64,000 bases of DNA, from the NCBI GenBank assembly GCA_964016885.1, contig OZ024741.1:300266001-300330000 (forward strand). Reading direction: 5' to 3'. Position 1 is the stretch's first letter; each line of letters opens with the position of its first letter. Source of the stretch: Eledone cirrhosa (lineage: Eukaryota). Positions 41,950 through 56,503 of the stretch are shown here, one piece after another. A model generated the notes under the pieces. The model was given only the letters and a program-made list of their open reading frames with translations, did not search any database and was not told the origin of the DNA. Both the position numbers and the translations under genes were made by a program.

Positions 41950-43400
41950 ATATATAATGCAGAATTTGAGACATAGTGCTGCATAGGTGTTCGTTTCTCT
42001 GTATAAATACAAAAGAAAAGATACATCTTGCAAATTGGGTTAAAGAAATCAAAGTCGGAAATTGATTAGGAATGAATTGTTCTTGTGAATTGTTTCTTTT
42101 AACGACTACATTTTTTCCGGCAGTAGAAAGTCATATTTGGTGCAATTCGAACAATGACATAAGAAATTTATTGTGATACTAATGTTTATGACATTAAGAT
42201 CCTGCTGATTAACATTGATTTTGTTTTTTTCGTTTTCCATTATATAGGAAATTTGTTATATACTGTAGTTACCGTTTCTGCAGGCCATCTATTGAATTTT
42301 CATTGAGGTTTTTCTGTTAGAGATCATGTTCATTTTATCACACATTTAACAAAATGTATGCTGTTTATTACGACTCTGTTCAATCAGGCATTCAATTTTA
42401 GCATTTATATTTTCAGAGGGGATCGATATATTTCTCTTGATATATCTATATTGGCCTTTACTTTTGCATTTCTTCCTTTTTCCTATCTTTAGAGAATTAC
42501 ATCGGCTATAACATTTCTTTATTTTCCTTTGAGGCATTGGTTCCTTTTATAGTTGTATGCAATTTTAATTGCGTTCCATATGCCTCTATTTGCCCTATAA
42601 TTTCTCCATAGAATAATTAGTTATTCATATATCCTATATTTTGCACTATATATGAGTTTGCATTGTCTATTTTAGCAAGTATAGTTTTAGTTGTTCTCAA
42701 GTGTAAGCATTTTCATTTTCTAAGGTTTGATATGTAGCTTATTACAATTAGATTATGACCTCAACTAGTACCTGCTGAGGCATATGAAATTTTAAATTTA
42801 AACAGTTTTTAAACTGTTGGTTAAGTAGTGTATATTGTATTTAATTTCCTGTTTTGTCCATTGCCTTGTTCTAATTATATGGCATTTGTGTTGGGTCCGG
42901 AAGTGTGTCTTAAGACTCTTTTAATCATTTCACTTAATCCATACTGATCTTGTACTGATATTGTACGTATTTTATTTATCATCGTTTGAATGAAAATCCA
43001 TCTATGTTCCTTTTGTAGCTTACTTCTAAATGTTCATCTCATTTGTCTTGTGTAGGAGCGTATACCTGATATTAAGACGTGTTTTCCTTGTAGTTTGAGC
43101 ATATCTGACTATTTATCGATAATTGTCCAGTATCCAATTAGTGATTATGCTTTAGCCTTTTTTTAACGTTTTCCAATCATTTCTATTCTCATTTCCAGAG
43201 GTGTGGAAACAATTGTGAGCTTCTCCTTTACGACGTGACCTTCAAATATCCATTATATTGATATCAATATTTTAGTTTTTCTCCAAATAAGAGTGTCAAA
43301 TATGTCAAGCTGTTATAATTGCGCTTATGTTCCAGGTTCCCAGATGTAAAACCTATTTCCTGCTTTATGAGATACGTTATCTAACGGTAATCACCCGTCA
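41950..43400 (-). pseudogene. Very old RTE-like LINE remnant (endonuclease and start of RT)
   Basis: Minus-strand YQVYAPT near 43050-43070, HNLIV (SDH-box region) near 42740-42765, and PTLISLTQFARCI near 42020-42060. No long ORF. Confidence 0.45.
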
Positions 43401-46366
43401 AATTTAGTTGCAGTCTTAATCAACTGTCCTAATCACTGAAGAATGTGTGTGATTCTCCCTGGCAAGTGTTACCTGGAATGCCGTCTCCATTTTTTTTTTT
43501 ACCTTTTCATGGTAACCGTATGTAATAAAAAAAATATATACATGGAAGAATCCAAATCAATTCCGAGGTAGATTCTGCACAATTCCGTCAAATCTGTGCC
43601 AATGTAGTTCCACAAATCTTGCTGTCATGGTATCAGAGATTTGATGCATAGGTATTTTCTCATATTCCAGGTCTGGCACACTTAAGGGGTAACATCCCCT
43701 CTATAATATGCATTTGTATCTACATACACCCATTATATAAGTTATCTCACTAGTCTTCAAGGGGTCCCTTGCTGTGACCATGTGTGTGTACTACCGAGTT
43801 CCTTGCATATTGGATATTTATGTACTCATATGAGAGCAGAATCACTGCCTCCCTATTTTGATTAGGATGTAAATCATGTTAGGTTGGCGAAGGTAAAATT
43901 ATCAAAGAATCTGTGCCGTATAACAGTTAATCGTAAGCATATGCCTCTTACCAAGTAATCATATGCGTGAGTTAATATATATATATTTATAATAGATGAG
44001 TTGTCAGAATAGTTGTGTGTATTCTCTGTTTTTATAAATGTTTGCAATCATATGTCATGACATACTCAGTTACCTTCTTTATAAATATTATGTTTTAATC
44101 AATAAACACAATTTATATAGTCAGATCGGTGTCATAATGTCACCATATGTTTCCCTTATATGTGTGAGAAATACACTTAGCAACAGATTTAGAATGAGGT
44201 TTAACCGCTATAATGGTAAAACATGCAAATTGATAAATTGTAGTCATATTAGAACTATTGTGACCCACGGTCAAAGTATTTTTCTTACATCCATCTATCT
44301 ATTTCTAGGAGTTTTATTGTAAACGTACAAGAGAGTAATTTAATAAATGAACCTTTGGAAACAAGATATTTAGATAGGATAATCACCCTGTATATAGGCT
44401 GTTAGTGTGTTGTTTTTGTTAGCTGATAGTGTGTATCGAAACGCGTTCATCAATTACGTAATTGTAAAACAGCCCAGTCAAGTTCGAGCAAGCGTAATAT
44501 AACCACAACCGTATTGGCCATGGCGTCCACTTATTTCTGTATATATATATATATGTCTGCATTGCCCAATGTGATTTACTGTTTTTAATACAATAGGTGA
44601 GATAGTTTGAGGCAAATATTCTCTCATTCACTCGTAGGGTAATATGTTACTAAAATATGTCATCCTTCGTTTACCTAAAGACTCTGAGGCATAATTAATG
44701 ACATTTGACTATTTTATAAACATCTAGGTGATTAATATATTCAGTATCTTGCTAATGGTATTTACATTGACGTACTATGTAATGTTAGAAATTTACTTAT
44801 AATAATTTACTACATCAAGATTAGGATAGCTTACTGTTTGAGATGGTGATAATACATTCAAACTTTATGGTCTGCCCAAAGGTAATGGATATATAGCTAT
44901 ATTAAATTTGCATTTCGTTTAATATTTAGACCGTGGTTGTCACTGAACCGGCAACTTACCGTTCACAGATATAATGTTTCAAGTACGTATTTCACTAGAC
45001 ACGTTAATTGTAAACGGTCGCCGTGATAGTTTCGTCTCTGAAAGAATATTCGGTTCTCTTTTGTATGTACTACAACATAAAGGACATTAATAACTATGAT
45101 TTAGGTCGGTGTCAAATGATCCATCACAATACTTGTCTATTTTTCATTCATAGGAATTAGGTAAAATAATTACGAGTATGAAACATGAGTAGAAATAATG
45201 GCCAATACTCCTCGTTAAACCATATCAAACGAAAAAATCAATATATTTTTCAGATGCAGATATTTATTTCACGTTAACTGTTAGAACCTTTTTAAAATGC
45301 AACATAAAAAGACAGTGACAAGCAAGATGTTATATCTGATTCTTTTCACGACTGAAAACGGTCAACTTTGTTCCACCAAGAAGAAACACATTTCCAATTA
45401 TGTCTGTTTAAGCAACAATCATAGATAATTCGTGCATTCATCATATACTTTCTGGAATCGCTTGCAGCAAAAATTAGGAATTGCAAAAAAGAAATCGATC
45501 TAGATATTTTTATGAAACTTTATATAGAAAGTTCATAACAAACATTGTCCAACTTCTTTTCAATGTTCTCGTGTCAGTCTTATTTGTACATTCATTCAAG
45601 CGAAATTTCTTTTAGAATAAAACATATATACAAAAACACACAGGTGTATATGCTGAGCAAAATGTTTCCACCAACAAACGAATTTCTTAATCCATGATTT
45701 ATGAATTATCATTTCTATTTTGCTTGGTTAATATCAGCAATTGGAGTAAATGGAAATACAGTTATCTTAGACATATTTCTTCATTTTATTTTCAGTAGAA
45801 GTTATGCAGAGTATGTCAACTAGTACATGCAGATAATATCGATCTTCTTTTTTGGAACTACAGTCTAATGATTTAATTATGTTGACCAACTTATGAATCA
45901 TGTAATTTTTTTTAGAATCGATAACTTTGAAGTGGGATGCTACATTCATTCACCATTGCAGCATAGTGATGTGGCTCTCCAGTTGTTATCAAGAGGATGC
46001 TCCGCATTCTGATTTATGTTTCAAGTTGCCTTTAAACGCAAATTTATACAAATATTGTATTCATACTACTTAATAGAATATATCAAGCGAATATTTACCT
46101 CTATATATCATTGTAGACTGCAAGTTGTTTTTCAACCATGCCTTATATTTTAAAACAAACACTTCAATGCTAGCCCAAATGACACTTTTATATTATTAGA
46201 GAAAGAAAGTCAATTTAAAGAAATTAGTTTCTAGGTTTTATGTGTAGCACCTCCTCCTGATTCTATCCCTTTTCTTCTCTATCTATCTCACATTACCTCC
46301 CGGCGTCACCCTCAATTCCTCGTAGGGCTCACACCCTGTCGCCTCTAACCTTTAGGCGCAGACACA

Positions 46367-46460
46367 AAAAGTACCAGTAATACACTGGGGTCGGTTTAAT
46401 CGACTTTTGCCTCCCTCGACATTGCTTGCTGGCCTTGTGCCTATAGTAGAAAGCATTATT
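46367..46460 (+). mobile_element. SINE family A-related 3' fragment
   Basis: AAAGTACCAGTAATACACTGGGGTCG..GCTGGCCTTGTGCCTATAGTAGAAAG. Confidence 0.75.
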
Positions 46461-46664
46461 TCTTCATGTTGTTTTTATACATGTAACTGTTATAAAAATA
46501 GCTGTCGAATGAGGTCATATCTGTTGTATGGCAGTTATTATCGTAACAATAACAGAAATCGCGTAACGAATTAATGAAGTAATTTCTAAGACTTATACTT
46601 CGTTATATATATATATATTGAATGGGAAACGAAGAATAAGTGATGCAGCGGAACTCAATTTATT

Positions 46665-46757
46665 ACGTATTACAATTGTTTCCCCGGCAAACAGCTCGAG
46701 GTGCGATCTGTGTGTGGATCGAACTTGACTCTGGATTCGTAGGTTCCTCAGACACGT
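46665..46757 (-). ncRNA. Type I hammerhead ribozyme motif within a TA-flanked pLTR-like fragment (about 46618-46825)
   Basis: Minus strand: ACGTGT-CTGAGGA-(imperfect stem II, long loop)-GAAA-CAATTG-TA-ATACGT. Stem I has 6 bp, stem III is palindromic, cleavage triplet GUA. Confidence 0.75.
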
Positions 46758-46822
46758 CTATTCGTTTCGGAGCAAATCCTATTTCGGCATACCGCTAATG
46801 GATGTATCCTAGCTACCATAAG

Positions 46823-46880
<58 letters not shown>

Positions 46881-47908
46881 GGTTTTCTCTGTGTGTACTC
46901 GCCAAAATGGGACATTATTCCTAATTAATACTTCGTTTTTATCCAGTTGCTTCTTCCAAAAATGAGACCATCATAAACCACTGCTAAACAAAGCACATTT
47001 GTAGGTTCGCTGTTTCCTTGTTCTCCAGGATGACCTCATTTTACTTTTGTGTGTTATTTTATCGTAATTGGAATTCCTCCACTGTCTAGGTTGTTTGTAT
47101 CTTGCACTTCTGCTGTTCTAATCATCTTTACACAAATAAAAATGTGTATTATAATTATTATCAAAACAGTGAAGTGAATGGCTAAATACCACTGCCTGAC
47201 GCAGAAGGGAAGGACACAGTAATAACAACTGTTAATTATGAGAGCACAAACAACGTACTGTTTACACAACTCACAGAAAAACAAATTTTCTAAACAAAAC
47301 AAGAGTGAAGAGAAAATTTAGAAGCAAGAAAAACAACATACATACAATCATACAATAACATTTCCGATTTTAAATGAAACAAGAACAAATACAAATTGAA
47401 AAAAAATTATATATGGACATGAACAAATTAATCAAAAATAAAGAAATTAATGAATTTATAGCATGACAATTTTACGATGCATGCGCTCGCGCACAAACAC
47501 AGGACCTACGTCAATAAATACGACGAGTATTTCAGATGTCCGAACCACAGAACTACCTGCTCGTGAAGTTCACATGGAAATAGTTGATCATTCCATAGAT
47601 TCTTGTATCTGTCAAATAATTCTCAAGTTCCCTGTAACAGAGTGTGACAAACATGGCCTTTGTACTGTAGCTACAACTCACTAAATTTTCTTGCTCAAGC
47701 ACAAACATCTCCAGCAGTAATCAAACTCACAAACTTGGGTTGTTGAGCCCAACCTCATAACAAATAAGATACACACCATTACAGAGAAGTCTAAGAAAGG
47801 AGCCTCGCATCACACAATTCAGAGATGGTCTCAACATTTAATAAAGAATTGCCTGTTCCTTACTTCAATAGGAAACAAAACTAAATGAGAAGGTTAGAGG
47901 AATAAAAG

Positions 47909-48095
47909 TAATTGTTCTCCTTTAGGCACAAGGCCAGCAAACAGGAGAAAGTCGATTAAATCGATCCTAGTGCATTACTGGTACTTTATTTTATCGACCC
48001 CGTAAGGATGAAAGGCAAATGGCCGTAAATGGCCGTAACCCTATGCCATACAGCATGTCGTCTGACTCTCTTCCGATACTACCAATACCCCGTGC
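47909..48095 (-). mobile_element. SINE family A, decayed
   Basis: CATTACTGGTACTTTATTTTATCGACCCCGTAAGGATGAAAGGCAAA. Confidence 0.8.
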
Positions 48096-49929
48096 TTAGA
48101 GGAATGGAAATAATATTGAAGTATTACATGCATAATAATCAGCAATACTATATTCAAATAACACAAACGCTATATAAAAACACGCGAAAGTAGAAGGAAA
48201 CACACCAATAACAGTTATAAAATGCTGAAATAGACAAGCGTATAGACAGAGTAGGAATTGGATATTAAGTAAAACTGTTGAATTAAAATGTAATTTGTTC
48301 AAAATTCGTTAAAACATTACACAGTATTGGCAGCATATACAACACATTAAACGATATGGAAGCTAGGAAACATCACAAGAGAAAATGCTACACATAGAAT
48401 AATTGAGAACTGAAACCAAAGTTGAAATACTACAGATCCTATTGCCAAACACAAACCAACACGCGCCCAGATAAAACTGTACTAAATCACGAAAAACTTA
48501 TGAAAACCATAGAAATATTATAGAAAGTCCTAACTAAACACGCCTCAATAATGCACATTTACTATTGACTATATAAGTATCGTTAAAGTGAATAAAGTCA
48601 CACCATAAAATATATCATCTAGAATTAACAGAGACGAGAATTTAACTGAAACTATAAAGAAAATAGAAAGAACATCACAAAATCAACACACAACAAGCGA
48701 CTGTACGGCCTCTGGAACGAATAAACAAATATAATAGCGCATTGCTAGAAATTGTTTATAGCAACATGTCCGATTATTAATATGCTGGATAATATCTATT
48801 CAGCACAATTACCTTATCGGTGTAAACGTGACACGATTTTGACTGCGTGAAAATGGTTCGAACACCTAGTACTTACAATTATTTTTAAAAAGCAAAGATC
48901 TATCCTTAATCTGTGAACAAGAAAAGGTTGTATTTACCACGAAAGCAATATTCGAATACGCTAAAAGTTTTATATCAATAATAAAGGAATTACTTTGGAA
49001 GAAAGAGTAAAATTGAGACAAATATGCTACAGCGCCTATGAACAGATACAATTTAACTCAAAGTGAGTGTATTGAATTATTAATCTGCAACAAAATCAGA
49101 GAATACATTTAATAAACATCTCAGGACTTGAATTAAGGAACAAACAAAACTATAATACTTTTCTGTATCAGAACACGAGACAAACACTTAAAACTGTGCT
49201 TTAAATTACTAAATAATAATAGCGAGTACAATAATGATAAAGTGACATAGATGCAGATATTAGCATTACAAGTTTTAATCGTCGGTACCAAAAGCCAGCA
49301 GTTTCCTGTGACCGATTGTAATTAATCAGAAACAAGCATGCAGCGCGTTATATGCATGTACGAAATAATAACGTGAGAGATAAGCTGGTTCATGTAAATA
49401 GATGTCGTGCTTATCTCTCAAATTCATGCATTCAACAAAGCAAACAAATGAATGAGCTAATGGAAGGAATTTAGCTATATAGTATAGATACAAATCAATA
49501 GAAATTACATAGCCTATGATATTTAATCGCAATAACACCAGCAAAAGAAGTTTATGTACAACTGTACTGCTGCTGATCCGGAACATTAGATATGGAGCTA
49601 GGAATAGCCAATAGTTTTGAGGCGAATCTCTTAAGCTATCTTGAATATGGAGAGGTTATTTGTGAGCAAATAAAACAACGAATGTAGTGCATATATTTAG
49701 TAAAACGGTCTAGAAAACTAGTGCAATTTAGCAGTAATTCGAAATTTAGCAGGAAGTTGAAATTCCACATGGGAAGAGGCATCAACTAAAATTAAAAGAA
49801 TATTGTTTACAATGAACCTAAGCACATTAATCACTGGATGTTACAATTTCATTTTAGTTTGTGTTGAAATGAACTTCAAGTTGAATTATAGGGAAAACAT
49901 TACTATAAAAGATTTCAATCACCTTACAC

Positions 49930-50780
49930 AGAGAGATTAAATGAGCAACGCTTGAATTTGCAGACGACATGGTATTATTTAACTCGACAGAAGGTGATCT
50001 CCGATATCCAATTGATAGGTTTGATGCTGAGTGCTGCATTACACTCGCCTTCTCAAGTAAGACTGTGCAGTGCACTGGAAAGCAGGTGGCTGAATTAAGT
50101 GAAAGAATTGAAGCAGTTGATGGAGTAATGGGCCTGCTTCAAACATTCAGTAACCATAAGAAGAGAGGTAGGTGTGAAAGCGAAGCTCGCTATCTACAAT
50201 TCAGTAGTCATGCTAACCATTGCCTATGGGCCGGTATCTGGGTTAATGACAGAAAGAACACGATCGTCAATACATGCCGCTGAAATGTGGTTGCTCCGAC
50301 GGGGGTTAGGCGTAACGTCACTCAATAGAGTGCGTAGGTCGGAGATCAGCAAGTTGCTGCAGGTAGAGCCGCTACTTCTCCGAATTGTGATATAACATCT
50401 CCGATCATATGTGCAAGGAGTTAGAATGTCTCAAGAAAGAATCGCTGAAGAGATGTTATGGGTAAAACCAGCCAGCAAGAAATCCAGGGGTAGACCACGA
50501 GAGAGAGGGTTGGATGACATTCATGATCTAGAAGATCTCAATTGGTGATCCAGCCGGAACAGTTCGAAATGATTGTTAATGACAGAACCTGCTGGAAGTA
50601 TTTGAGGACTCTGCCCTCACAACCCACTCAAGAAGAAGAAGAAGAAGAAGAAGAAGAAGAAGAAGAAGAAGAGGAGGAGGAGGAGGAGGAGGAAGAGGAG
50701 GAGAAGGAGAAGAAGAAGAAGAAGAAGAAGAAGAAGAAGAAGAAGAAGAAGAAGAAGAAGAAGAAGAAGAAGAAGAAGAA
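49930..50780 (+). pseudogene. 5'-truncated RTE-like LINE 3' end with a (GAA)n tail
   Basis: LEFADDMVL, AAEMWLLRR.LGVT..NRVR and KKSRGRPR..LDDI. (GAA/GAG)n at 50630-50780. Confidence 0.8.
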
Positions 50781-52871
50781 CTACATTAAAACAAATCATT
50801 TTATTCTAATGGAGACAAGTAAACAATCTGTCTCGTGATAATTATCTTTATACATGATGTTAATTGTGTAAGATGTTTACAGTGGGAAGTTAATATCTAT
50901 GTGCTACTGATGAGAAGGAAACAATTTTATGAATTAAAATATGGTTTAAACATTATACTCATTACCAATGATGAAATATCATGTGTAACTACCCACCTCT
51001 ATCAATGATGTCTCCATTTCTTTTCTTGTTAAATAATTCTTACCCCAATATCAATTCAATATTAAACAAAAACAACGTTACAAGATTCCATTTCAACTTA
51101 AAGAGAGAATGACTTGGCAAATGGGATAGAAAGAATAATAAATCAAATATCTACGTGTAGTCGTTACACACGCAAACTCCATACTTTTTCTGTGTGTATG
51201 CAGACCACATGTTAATTTATACGAAAGATCTCCAGATACCTTTGCTACTAGAACATCTTAGAAAACCTGTTTAATATTAATGTGGCTATGCTTTAGAAAA
51301 GTTCAAGTTATATATCATTTATTATTAGAGTTTGGTGAGTCGATATGCCACGAGAACACTAGAGAGAATGTTGTCATAAGAAATACACTACTGAATATAT
51401 ATTCAACCCGATTTAATCTACGTAGATTATTTGTATTCTTATATAATCCATGATTAGATACTAAATCAATATTAGCATTGCAACGAATAAGTTACTTTAT
51501 ATTGAGGTGCATTCCTCTTAGATTCTACAGTGATATGCTGAGATATTTTACTGAGATCTTCAAACAAAATGATAGGATCATTTTGTTTGAAGATCTCAGT
51601 AAAATATCTACGCATTTAACTGATAAACAATTCAGAATTACCCAACCAAATAATAATTTAATCTGTAGCAACAACAGTTTTTAAATATATACGGAACAAA
51701 TTAATTTAAGTAGCTAATGTTCAAAGTATCTAATCATCTGCGTATATTTTATACCATGTTGCTTGATGATAAATTTCCAATTAGGATGATTTTGCTTCCT
51801 ATTTGTGATGGCGCTCTCTCATAAATAGTTGGAAATCTGCACATGAGGTTAAGAAATATTCAGAGTTAACGAGCTAGTGTTGTTTTCAGACCTATAGCCT
51901 GTCATATTTAAAATACCGATTCCATTTATATCGATTAATCCCTATAGTCAATCTAAGTCTATAATCGGATGTATATGTGTAAGAGAGTTGATATTGTATT
52001 GAGATGGCATAAAATCTAATATACTTGCTATATCAAAAGCTGTCGTTTATATTTTTGTGATCGAATGTCAATAAAAAGATTCAGTCATCTAGACAGGCGT
52101 AATAGATAAACGTATAGTCGGTACCATTTTTAGTTTCAATCAAATAATTATACTGTTGCTAAGACGTAATAATGTTTTGTGAGTTAATAAATCAGTTCAC
52201 AATTTATACTATCTGAAAACGCTATAAGACATATTGAGAAATTATAGAATTGATTTTTAGATTTCGAATATCCGAATACATATGCCTCTAGGCCCGATTA
52301 TTCAAGCCATCGTTTTAAAATAATATCAATGATTTTAGATATTTAATTCATTCCATTATTCACACAGGCCGATTTATTGATTTTACATGATTAAATGTGT
52401 ATTGAAAACTGTGACGCCTCCGGCGAATATCCTGTTCAATGTCAATTTATATATATTCTCTTTTTATCGAACTATATACATTATAAATTGTTTTCCATGA
52501 CACTGCACTAATAATAATTCTCTGAAAAAGCTTATGACCTTTGGAGTTCAACTGATTTTGTAATTACGTAATAATACATTTGTGTATTGCATTATTCATT
52601 GTTACATTGCAAAGAGGGGAATCGGTGTCCATATATCGAATATCCGAAACAGACGCATTTTTATTTTATAAATCATATAGTAATTGTTTTACTTTCTGAC
52701 AGGTCAATAAGTATCACCACCAATTTGACCGAAATTCCTAATCACATACCTAGTACAGAGTCATATATAAAATATTTATGTGAAAAGAATATATTTTTAC
52801 AAATTTAGAAATTCACTAATCTAATACTTAAGGAAACAAGCACAAACACTCACATGCATTATACTTATAAA

Positions 52872-52974
52872 ATCCTGCCGAGGTTAACTTTGCCTCTCAT
52901 CCTTACGGGGTCGATAAAATAGAGTACCAGTAATGCACTGGGTATTTGCTGGCCTTGTGCCAAAAGTAGAAACA
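52872..52974 (+). mobile_element. SINE family A, 5'-truncated, with 14-bp TSD
   Basis: ATTATACTTATAAA at 52858-52871 and 52975-52988. Confidence 0.9.
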
Positions 52975-53584
52975 ATTATACTTATAAACATTACTGTGGG
53001 AAAGAGTGTAGTTAGTTCACTACTAAAGATTAAAGATGTGATCGTGGAAGGGATCGAGGTAATATAAATTTCCTATCTGACAAATATATATTTATGTGTA
53101 GAGATTTGCATGTGAGTTAAAATGGAGACTGTATTTTGGGGCTCTCGGGAAACATAATTAATATTATGACCTTTTGGACTTCTATAATGTGAACATTTGT
53201 TGAGCCCGAGTATTGACGAGAGCTACCACTAAATAAACATCATTTTCGCCAGTCTGATCATGATCTGCATTGTTATTACGACTGGCACCTGATACTTCAT
53301 CAGACAATTTTTCATTAGAATTGTGATGTTTACCATCATTTATAGCGACTTAGTTGATGCAAATGACCTAGGGCATGGTGTTAAAAACAAAAGATTGGGA
53401 TGATAATAGAAAATAAAAAAACGGAAGGAAAACATAGCTGCCATAACAGAATTGAAGGGTTTATCTGTAGAGTTAACCTGGAGAAATCGTCTAAAACCGG
53501 CAGCACTTAAATCACATGAATGTCTGAATTATCTCCAGGAAAGATTGATGAATTATTTCCCATAGTCGATTAAAGTTTCTGCAT

Positions 53585-53815
53585 TGCTAGTCCGCTATAG
53601 AATGCTGACGTGGAATTTTTAATTACAGTATTGTCCAACGGGTAGAAAAATGTGAGCACCTGATAAGGTTCTAGATAATAACACTTGGTCTGAGTTGTAG
53701 CTTGACCCAAGACTGCAGCTCCGTCGAGGAGAAGAACCCCGGAAAGATGTGCCTGACAAAGGGAGACCACATCTGTCCATTGTTTAGGATTATATGGAAG
53801 TGCCGTAACCTCGGC
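53585..53815 (-). pseudogene. Old fragment of the Tx1-like ORF2, opposite strand
   Basis: [32 protein letters not shown] and NSTSAFYSGL match [31 protein letters not shown] and NSTSAFYRGL. Confidence 0.8.
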
Positions 53816-53967
53816 GCAAGTTTCTTTAGTGCCTTATTAAATTCTACCATTTTCAGTTTAACTTCGGAAAAAGACATAGTAATTACACTTATATATATGT
53901 ACATATAAATAAATAAATATATATCTACATATATATATATGCATATATATATATATTTACATATGTA

Positions 53968-54034
<67 letters not shown>

Positions 54035-54449
54035 ATACTTTGGGAGGGTCATGTTGCCAATAAGAAACAGACGCACCAGTTGCTTTCACTTCAATTTATT
54101 ATAATAAATTCATAAATTTAGGAATTTATAAATTTCCGGTTGGTTGGTTGGTTCCACAACCGGACGATTGTTTATATATTGTCAAAGTTCTTTCGTCACA
54201 CATTCTGTGACCTCTTCAGTGACTGGGGATTCTTTTCTTTGTTTTTGTGCCTCTGCTTTGCTCTGTCCTACGCCATCTTGTTTTTGTGTGTGTTGTGTGC
54301 TTAGTTTGCGCATGTGTTACATCCGGGTGTCTGTGTGTGTTTATATGTGTTTATTTATTTGTTTATTTACATGTTACTGGTTGGTTGTTTGTTCTATGTG
54401 CGTGTGTATTTTCCTTAATTGTAAGTTATGATGTTGCTGTTCCATTCAT

Positions 54450-56503
54450 TGTGTTCCGACAAGCACTCTCCAGGAGGATTTATAAGGACATCCTTCCTGA
54501 GGAGGCCACAAGCAGTGAAAAGGATGGAAAAACCGTCCTTCCCCTACGAGAAGTAAGGTAAGTGATCTTTCCCATCTTTTCCACTCCCTTTCAACATGAC
54601 CACACTCAGGATAGGCAGCATAAATGCGCGTGGCTTGGGGTCGTCATGGAAGCAGGGCCACCTGCTCAACAACCTCAGGTCACTAAACATAGATGTAGTG
54701 GCCATCAGCGAGACCAGAATCTCCGAAGCACGGGCTTTCGCACCGATCTTCGGCGGCTACGATGTGTACGCATCTCCCAGCCGTCCTGGATCGGAGGGAG
54801 GAGTTGCTGTACTCTTTCGGAGAGGTTTGGATCTCGCGATTGCGGGCCATCTTCCTGGACCCAGAAGGTAAGTTGGTGGGGCTGGACGTGACCAGCGGAT
54901 ACAGGCAAGCTTTCAGGCTAGAGGCCGTCTATGCCCCGACAGGAGCAGGGCGGCCAGATTTCTTCCGGCGTCTGGAGAACTTTCTATGAACGTCCCGCTC
55001 TTTAGTGTTAGTGGGCGACTGGAACGGGATCTTAGATGCATGCTGGGACTATGTGGGATTAGCGGATAGGGTAGGAGGGTGCAAGAGCCTCACCAAGCTG
55101 CTCAGGCGTTTTGAACTGTCTGACACGTACCGATTGGATTTCCCGAATGTGCCAATGTGGACTTGGACAAACCGCATAGGGTCATCCAGATCATATCTAG
55201 ATAGAGTAATTTGTAGGGAAATAGATAGGTCTAGCATAGGCTGTCCACAATTCAAGATAGTCAGCTACACGGACCACAATTTCGTGATGTGTGTGCTTGA
55301 CTTAGATAGGCTTCATAGACGAGGACCCGGCTCCTGGAAGCTAAACGCGCCCTTACCAGCGCGCAAGGCCTACAGAGACCGGATTAGCGAACTAGTTAAG
55401 CGGGCGTTGACGGGGGCCATCGTCAACAACAAGTGGTGGTTTGCTCTGAAAAGAGCGATTTGAATAGAGTCCATTAGGTTTAGTAAGGATTTAGCAATAG
55501 AGAAAAATAGAGCAGAGGGAGAACTAGTTAGAACATTAGACGAGGCGCTTAGCAAAGGCATCGCGACAGACGTACTTGCGGCGAAATTGGCCCTTGACCA
55601 ATTCTTCAATGCAAAGCACGAAGGCTGCGTTGTCAGCGCTAGGGTGCGTGCTCTCAGACACGAGGGGACGAAAGCCGTTCAATGGATCCGAGTGGCGGAG
55701 GCGCGTCGTACAACAAAGCTACGATCCGGTCTTTGGTGGACCACGACGGGCGCATGCTACTCGATCCCGGGCAAATGTGTGAAGCTTTTCAGCGACACTT
55801 CGCTCATCTGTTCGGGGACAGCGGTGGGCCGGGTCGAGGACTTTAGTGTCTACCTTTAGTGTCTACCGCCACTGAGGCGGAGTGTTACGAAAAGCCGATA
55901 ACAGCCGCTGAAGTACGGGAGGCAATGACTGGCTGCACAAGGGGTAAATCGCCTGGTTTGGATGGTCTGCCCTATGAACTTTACGTACAGATGCCAGACT
56001 TGTTCGGAGGCCTCTTGGCGGACGACTACTGCAACTGGCAACAGAACGGGAGAATAGTATTGTGGACACGTTTGAAAGGGCTGAAGACGAGCACTTACCT
56101 CTTCGGTGATGCTCTGATTAACTTTTTAAAATTTCATTTGAAATGGAAAATCAAGGTAGAGCGGGGAGTGCTTTCTTCCCAGCATTTTGTTGAAAGATGG
56201 GTGAGAGAAGCAAGTAGGGCCCGAGTGAATGGGCCTACTCTGAGTATGTGTCTGTAAATTAAAGGTGGAAAACTGGGGGTGGGGACTTGCTCTTGTGGTC
56301 AGAGTCACTGTGGCCTTTTAATGGGCTTTCTCCCCAAATTCCCCTCGGAAGTCTCCCCCCTATTAGGGAACTTTTCATTGTTATTTTTTTTATTACACCC
56401 CCTGTTTTTTTACACGCAGAAATGCCTATTTGTACCGTCCTGTATTGTCCTGTACTGTCCTTAATGTCTACTTTATGTAAACCCTTGCGGTTAATAAAGA
56501 AAG

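Noticed and set aside
44421-44450. CTGATAG..TATC-GAAA-CGCG-TT hammerhead-like remnant
   Set aside because: The core is incomplete and there is no stem I. At most it is a dead pLTR remnant.
50905-50930. CTGATGA-GAAG-GAAA hammerhead-like string
   Set aside because: No stem II and no stem I complement, so probably chance.
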